Source: Chiloscyllium plagiosum (Eukaryota). From it: 41,815 nt of DNA. The notes beneath the pieces are model-generated. The model ran no database searches. It was not told the origin of the DNA and saw nothing but the letters and a program-made list of their open reading frames with translations. Where the stretch lies: assembly GCF_004010195.1 (NCBI RefSeq), contig NC_057750.1, forward strand, positions 10,175,084 through 10,216,898, read 5' to 3'. Shown here piece by piece: positions 36,475 to 41,815 of the stretch. Every line of letters begins with the position of its first letter. The stretch's first letter is position 1. The position numbers and the translations under genes were made by a program.

Positions 36475-37095
36475 AGGTGATGTTGCAGTGGTTTAACTAG
36501 ACTGGTGATCCAGTATAAGTCTCTGGGGTCTCAGATTCAAATCCCACCACAACAGATGGTGGGATTTGAGTTTTTGAAAACCTGGAATTAAAAGTTTGAT
36601 GATGACCAGGAATCCATTGTTGCATGTCGGAAAAACCCACCTGGTTCATTAACGCTCTTCAGGGAAGGAAATCTGCCATTCTTTACCTGGTCTGGTCTAT
36701 ATTGATTCACTTTGATGGGATTGATGTTGGCTCACTTTTAACTGCCCTCTGAAAAGGCATGCCATGCTATTTACTTGTATCAAATTGCTAAGAGAAATTC
36801 AGGAATAAAACCAGACAGACCACCTAATATTGACCAAAGCAGTAGAAATGACAACAGCAAACTCAGACATTGGAACACCACTCAAGTCTCTCACATCCTG
36901 ACTTGAAAGATATTGTTGTTCCTTCACTGTTACAGAATCAAAACCCTGGAACTCCCCTCCCCACAGCACACATCAAATGGGACTTTAGCAGTTAAAGAGG
37001 GTAGCTCACCACAAACGTCTCAAGGGCAATTAGGGATGGGCAATAAATGCTGGCCCAGTCAGCAATGTCCACATCCCATGAATGAACAAAGAAAA
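36475..37095 (+). mobile_element. tRNA-SINE followed by LINE tail
   Basis: gattcaaatccc B-box, shared SINE core, gggcaataaatgctggccc...cacatcccatgaatgaa tail. Confidence 0.7.
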
Positions 37096-37265
37096 TTTTA
37101 AAACAGATTTCTGGGCAGTAAGGGAATCCAAGGACTGTGTGGAGATATAGAGGCAGAAATAAGCTACTTTAGTGAAAAATAGAATAGGCCACATGGGTCC
37201 CATGGCCTACTCCTATTTCTCATCATACAGGTACATTGTCTCTCATTTTATGGCAAGGTACTTGT

Positions 37266-37818
37266 CATAGAATCCTTACAGCGTGGAAGTAGGTCATGCA
37301 GCCTTTTGAGTCCACACTGACCCTCCAAAGAGCACCCCACCCAGACCCAATCCTCTACCCTATTCTTGTAACCCTGCATTTCCCATGGCTAACTCACCTA
37401 ACCTACAAATCTCTACATACTAGAGATTTAGCATGATCAATCCAGCTAAACTGAACATCTTTGGTCTGTGGGAGGAAACCAAAGCACTTGGAGGAAACCC
37501 ATGCGGCCACGGGAAGAATGTGCAAAACTCCACACAGCTATGAGAGGGTAAAGTCGAACCCAGCTCTCTGGCGCTATGAGGCAGCAGTGCTAATCAGAGA
37601 CACCGTGCTGCCCCAAAGGAACATTTAGAAGAATCATAGAACCCCTATGATGTGGAAGCACACCATTCAGGCTATTGAGTCCACCATTCAGGCTATTCTG
37701 CCCTTCAAAGCTCATTCCCACCCAGACACTCCCTATCCCTGTAACCCTGCATTTCCCATGGCTAATTCATATAGTCACTATGGGTAATTTAGTGCGGCCA
37801 CCTAATCTGCACATCAGG
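37266..37818 (-). mobile_element. Two HE1/V-SINE-like copies (one full, one partial)
   Basis: Reverse complement of ggcagcacggtg...ttagcactgctgcctca; V-domain ggtttcctcccacag. Confidence 0.8.
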
Positions 37819-38033
37819 TTGTTGTTAACTGAACTGTTGTAGTGGAGTGGTACTTTTTGTACAGTTGTTGAATTGAACTGGTAAATGTGGCACCTGGTCA
37901 TCTTCAGGTTGTCACAGTATTTCAAAGAGACAGCCGGCGTGCACTTTAAATCATCACTCAATACAATCCACTGTTCCATCCCCGTCCCACCCACTATCCC
38001 CCAACCCACACACACCTTCTCCCAACTAGTTAC

Positions 38034-38232
38034 CTGAAAAACCAGAATCTTTCTCTGGTTCCTCCAATGACATTTTCCGATTCTTCCTGGCACTTCCCAT
38101 GTGATTTATTTTCTCCGTCTCTTCGTACCAACTCCTTGGCAGACTCTCCAATTTAACAGAAACCCCATTCATCCTGTCCTTTAGGCTTCTGCGAGAGATT
38201 CTTGTGAAGACAGGCACTTTATCCAGAGACAT
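38034..38232 (-). CDS. CIPC-like first coding exon (MSLDKVPVF...EEPEKDSGFS)
   Basis: Acceptor ctctttcag 6 nt before ATG; KDSGFS|D motif of CIPC; GTAACT donor, phase 1; spliced CDS 1326 nt = 441 aa + stop; start codon tentative. Confidence 0.85.
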
Positions 38233-38409
38233 GTTTCTCTGAAAGAGAAATCCAGAATTATAAGGAATATCATTATTGGCATGTGTGCACGTCTGGGTAT
38301 ATGTGAGACAGAGCAAAAGAGCGTATGTGAGCATATATGAGTGAGAGTGAGTGAGGGCGTGAGTGAGGCAGAGAGGGTAGCATCATGATAATACCACTGC
38401 ACTAGGAAT

Positions 38410-39190
38410 TCACATTCCCAGGCTAATTCTCCAGGGTCATCGGTTTGAACCCCAGCATGGTAGATGTTGATTTAATTTTTAAGAAAATTCTGGAATACAG
38501 ACCTAGCCTAATGGCAACCACATAAAAACTGGCAATTGTTGTAAAAACCGATCTGGTTCGCTAACAGCCTTTGGGGAAGGAAATCTGCCATCCTTTTCCA
38601 ACCTGGCCTACACATGACGCCAGAGACACAGCAGTGTGGCTGACTCTTGATTATTATCTGGGGAATACTAATCAGCAACATCCACATTCTGTGATGAATG
38701 AAAAAACACACTTGGAAATGGAATGCAAGCCTGTCCACTGATACTCTGTATGGCCTGATGCTGTTCTTTACCCTGCCCTCCCCCATCTTCTTTTCCAACA
38801 AAGGACACGTGGAGGTGATAGCCTAGTGGTATTATTGCTAGACTATTAATGTGGAAACTCAGCTAATGTTCTGGGGACCTGGGTTCAATTCCCCAGGTGT
38901 TGGAATTTGAATTCAATTTTTTAAAAACTGGTATTAAGAATCTACTGATTACTACATAACCATTGCCAAATAGCAGAAAAAAGACTTATCTGGCTCACTA
39001 ATGCCTTTCAAGGAAGGAAATCTACCATCCTCACCTGGTCTGGCCTGCATGTGACTCCTGATCCACAGCAACTTGGTAGACTCTCATTGCTCTTTGAAAT
39101 GGCCTAGCAAGCCACTGAGTTCAAGGGCAGCTCGGGATGGGCAATAAATGCTGACCAATCCGCAATGCCCACATCCCATAAATGTATTTT
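38410..39190 (+). mobile_element. Two tRNA-derived SINEs (DeuSINE/SacSINE-like; ~38410-38705 and ~38810-39190)
   Basis: B-boxes, shared core and tail with 24145-24520. Confidence 0.75.
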
Positions 39191-39302
39191 TTTTAAATGG
39201 CACAGTAGGCAACAATCTGGCCCACTGACCTTCTCCAAGTCTAACCCACTGCCCTGCATTTTGTTTGTCAAATGAGTATCTTATCAATAACCAAGGGCAA
39301 TA

Positions 39303-39630
39303 TGGCAGCTCAGTAGTTAGCACTGCTGCCTCACATTACCAGGGACCTGAGCTTGATTCAGCCTTAGGTGACTGTCTACGTGGAGTTTGCATGTCTTCCC
39401 GTGTCTGAATGTAGTTCAACCAGGTGCTCCGCTTTCCTCCCACAGTCCAAAGATGTGCAGGTGAGATGGATTTGGCCATGCTAAGTTACCCCGTTTTTTC
39501 CGGGGATGTGCAGGCTAAGTGGATCAACTGTGGTAAATGCGAGGTTACAGGGAAAGGATGGGGGCTCTTCAGAGGATCAAAGATGAGTCAATGGGCCAAA
39601 TGCCTCCTTTTACATCGTAGGGATTTTATG
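39303..39630 (+). mobile_element. HE1/V-SINE-like SINE
   Basis: gctcagtagttagcactgctgcctcac A-box head, V-domain, CR1-like tail. Confidence 0.8.
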
Positions 39631-39724
39631 AGTCATATATGCTAAATGCAATAGGCAATTCAAGAGAACTTTTTTGTTTAAACCCACAAACTGGGATTAA
39701 TATAGAACTCATTACTATAATTAA

Positions 39725-40027
39725 ATTAGATTAGATTACTTGCAGTGTGGAAACAGGCCCTTCGGCCCAACAAGTCCACACTGACCGTCCGAAGAGCAAC
39801 CCACCCAGACCCATTCCCCTACCTTTACCCCTTCATCTAACAATACGGACAAATTAGCATGGCCAATTCACCTAACCTGCACATTTTTGGACTGTGGGAG
39901 GAAACCGGAGCACCGAGAGGAAACCCACGCAGACCCAGGGAGAGTGTGCAAACTCCACACAGACAGTTGCCTGAGGCAGGAATTGAGCCCGCGTCTCTGG
40001 CGCTGTGAGGCAGCAGTGCTAACCAAT
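39725..40027 (-). mobile_element. HE1/V-SINE-like SINE, relatively young
   Basis: Reverse complement of the 39303 family; CpGs retained; (TCTAA)n tail. Confidence 0.85.
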
Positions 40028-40753
40028 GAATAGTTGAGTTTAATTTAAGGAAAAGCTAAATGTGTATGAGGAGTTCAAGGGAAGAAAATATCACGCTAAT
40101 AAGATCGCGCTAATAGGAGAGTGTGAGAAGGCTTGTGAGATGCATCAACACTGACCAAGTCCAGTTGGACTGGCGAAAGTTTCTCAATGCTGTAAGATTA
40201 TTTGCAATTAATCAGCTTCCTTGAGTTGGAGAGAAGCTTTGTTCATCAATCCTGGGACAGCACTGACGTATCGGATAACAACAACTCTGAGGTGACTGGT
40301 CAAAAGCCAGATTTTCACAAGAGTATGTTGGAAGAATGGAGAGTGCAAACTGCAGCTCACCAAAACAAGCAATCTGAGAATTGAAAATTTATGACACCAA
40401 AACCAAAATGGATATCCCTTATCAGCTACCTAAATTTTACTGGACATTCTCAAGTTTCCTGGGGCCACAAACGTTATGATGGGTGAAGAAAGCATTAAGG
40501 GCAGGAAGAAGCAGTCAGGTAGCCATAAGCCACCTCACAATAGCAACTATTGAGATTTAGTCTGCAATTAATGAGTGCCTCAGGGAGCAGCACAGTGAAA
40601 ACAGAAATGAAATAAAGTGCGAAATAAGAGATTTAACTAAATGAGAATCGCAAGTCTAAAATCTTCAATTAATTAAAAAGCAGATCCTGAGCAATTTCAG
40701 ATTAAGGCCCTTTTTACTAGTATTTTTAAACATCTTTGTGCCCGTTTCCTCAC

Positions 40754-40864
40754 TGTAATGACTCAGGGGCAGGTAGAGACTTGCTGCGTCACATGGAGCT
40801 TATGTCTGTCTGATAAACTGCTTTCCAATCCTGCAGAGTTCCTGCTGTCCCCAACCCTGAACAG
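40754..40864 (-). other. Candidate non-coding 5'UTR exon of the CIPC-like gene
   Basis: Acceptor gatttttgttgcttcag and donor ACA|GTGAGG in non-repetitive sequence; no transcript evidence. Confidence 0.3.
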
Positions 40865-41168
40865 CTGAAGCAACAAAAATCTGTAAAGATATATAAACAA
40901 ATCAAAACAATGCTCCCTCTGACAAACTGCTCTTTTGAAATTGAATAATTTTGTAAAATAATCCCATAATGCACAAATACAGTGAAAACTGATACCTTGA
41001 CCAAAACAACCATGCAATTCAATCCCAAGTTTACATTCAGTTTGCAGGAAACTCTCCACATTTTAAATTCAATTCTTTATCTCCTTCCCTCTATGCCCTC
41101 ATCAGAACTTGCAACTCCTCTCCCCAAATACCACATTATGCTCACATTTAAAACCTAGACTGTCAACG

Positions 41169-41318
41169 TGTTTGTTCCCACATGGGAATCCAGCCATAAG
41201 CTGCTCCCACACTCCACAACCCACATTCCCATGCCCATGTTTGTTCCCACATGGGAATCCAGCCATAGGACCTTCCAAAAGCTGCTCCCACACTCCACAA
41301 CCCACATTCCCATGCCCT
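41169..41318. repeat. ~70-80-bp tandem duplication
   Basis: tgtttgttcccacatgggaatccagccata...ccacattcccatgccc twice, second copy with a short insertion. Confidence 0.85.
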
Positions 41319-41319
41319 C

Positions 41320-41815
41320 TGACCCTGAGACACCCCACATTGTCCCCACCAGGAACTCCACATTCTCATTCCCCTCTCCCCAGGACACTCATGTCTGCTA
41401 CCCACCAGACCCCCACATCCTCTGCCCATTCCTCCATATGCCATCTGCTCTCACCCCAGGACTGCCACACAATCTGCTCTCCCCATTATTCTTTACCCCG
41501 CCACCTCCATAACCTCTAAAACCATATCCAGAGGACATCCAAATTCTGTAAACCCCTCTTTATCCCTAGGATACCCAAACCCCCGACCCTCCTCTCCAGT
41601 GGGACCCTTCCATTATCAAGCTGCACCCAACGGACACCCTTTTCCCATTAGTCTCTACTTGCATTCCAACCATGAGTATGCACCTCCTCTACCTACCTCA
41701 TTTCCTACCAAACCCTCCATGCCCATTGTGGGATCCCCACGTTCTCTACCCACCCCCCTTCCCCTCACTGGGATCCCCACATTCTGCACCCCCCTTCCCC
41801 TCACTGGGATCCCCA
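41320..41815. repeat. C-rich low-complexity region ending in ~35-nt tandem units (cccctcactgggatccccac)
   Basis: GGGATCCCCA recurs three times in 41730-41815. Confidence 0.7.

Noticed and set aside
38806..38811. CACGTG E-box upstream of the CIPC-like coding start
   Set aside because: Single hexamer abutting a SINE; expected by chance and conservation cannot be assessed
41102..41519. Cluster of ORFs on both strands near the window end
   Set aside because: Generated by the tandem duplication and C-rich low-complexity sequence

Overview
Eukaryotic (vertebrate) genomic DNA. The repeat content (HE1/V-SINE-like and DeuSINE-like SINEs, CR1 LINEs, Penelope-derived short elements) points to a cartilaginous fish, probably a carpet/bamboo shark (inference). 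Three spliced genes can be assembled by hand: SNRPA/U1A (+, 6 coding exons 1303-9102, 278 aa, first coding intron GC-AG), MIA/CD-RAP (+, 4 exons 15674-19184, 133 aa) and a CIPC-like clock-interacting gene (-, 3 coding exons 38232-30843, 441 aa). Nearly all other ORF-track entries are retroelement debris or spurious. Best leads: (1) the SNRPA 3'UTR has a PIE autoregulatory hairpin with only one intact U1A box, plus a perfect 9-nt U1 site; (2) several Penelope-derived short elements carry minimal type I hammerhead ribozyme motifs with covarying stems, one intact at 23953-23988; (3) a young CR1 has inserted into a palindromic element and its middle is replaced by about 2.4 kb of unrelated DNA; (4) a CIPC-family gene sits beside SNRPA-MIA and may be a paralog absent from mammals. 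Exon coordinates were counted by hand; repeat boundaries are approximate unless a TSD is given.
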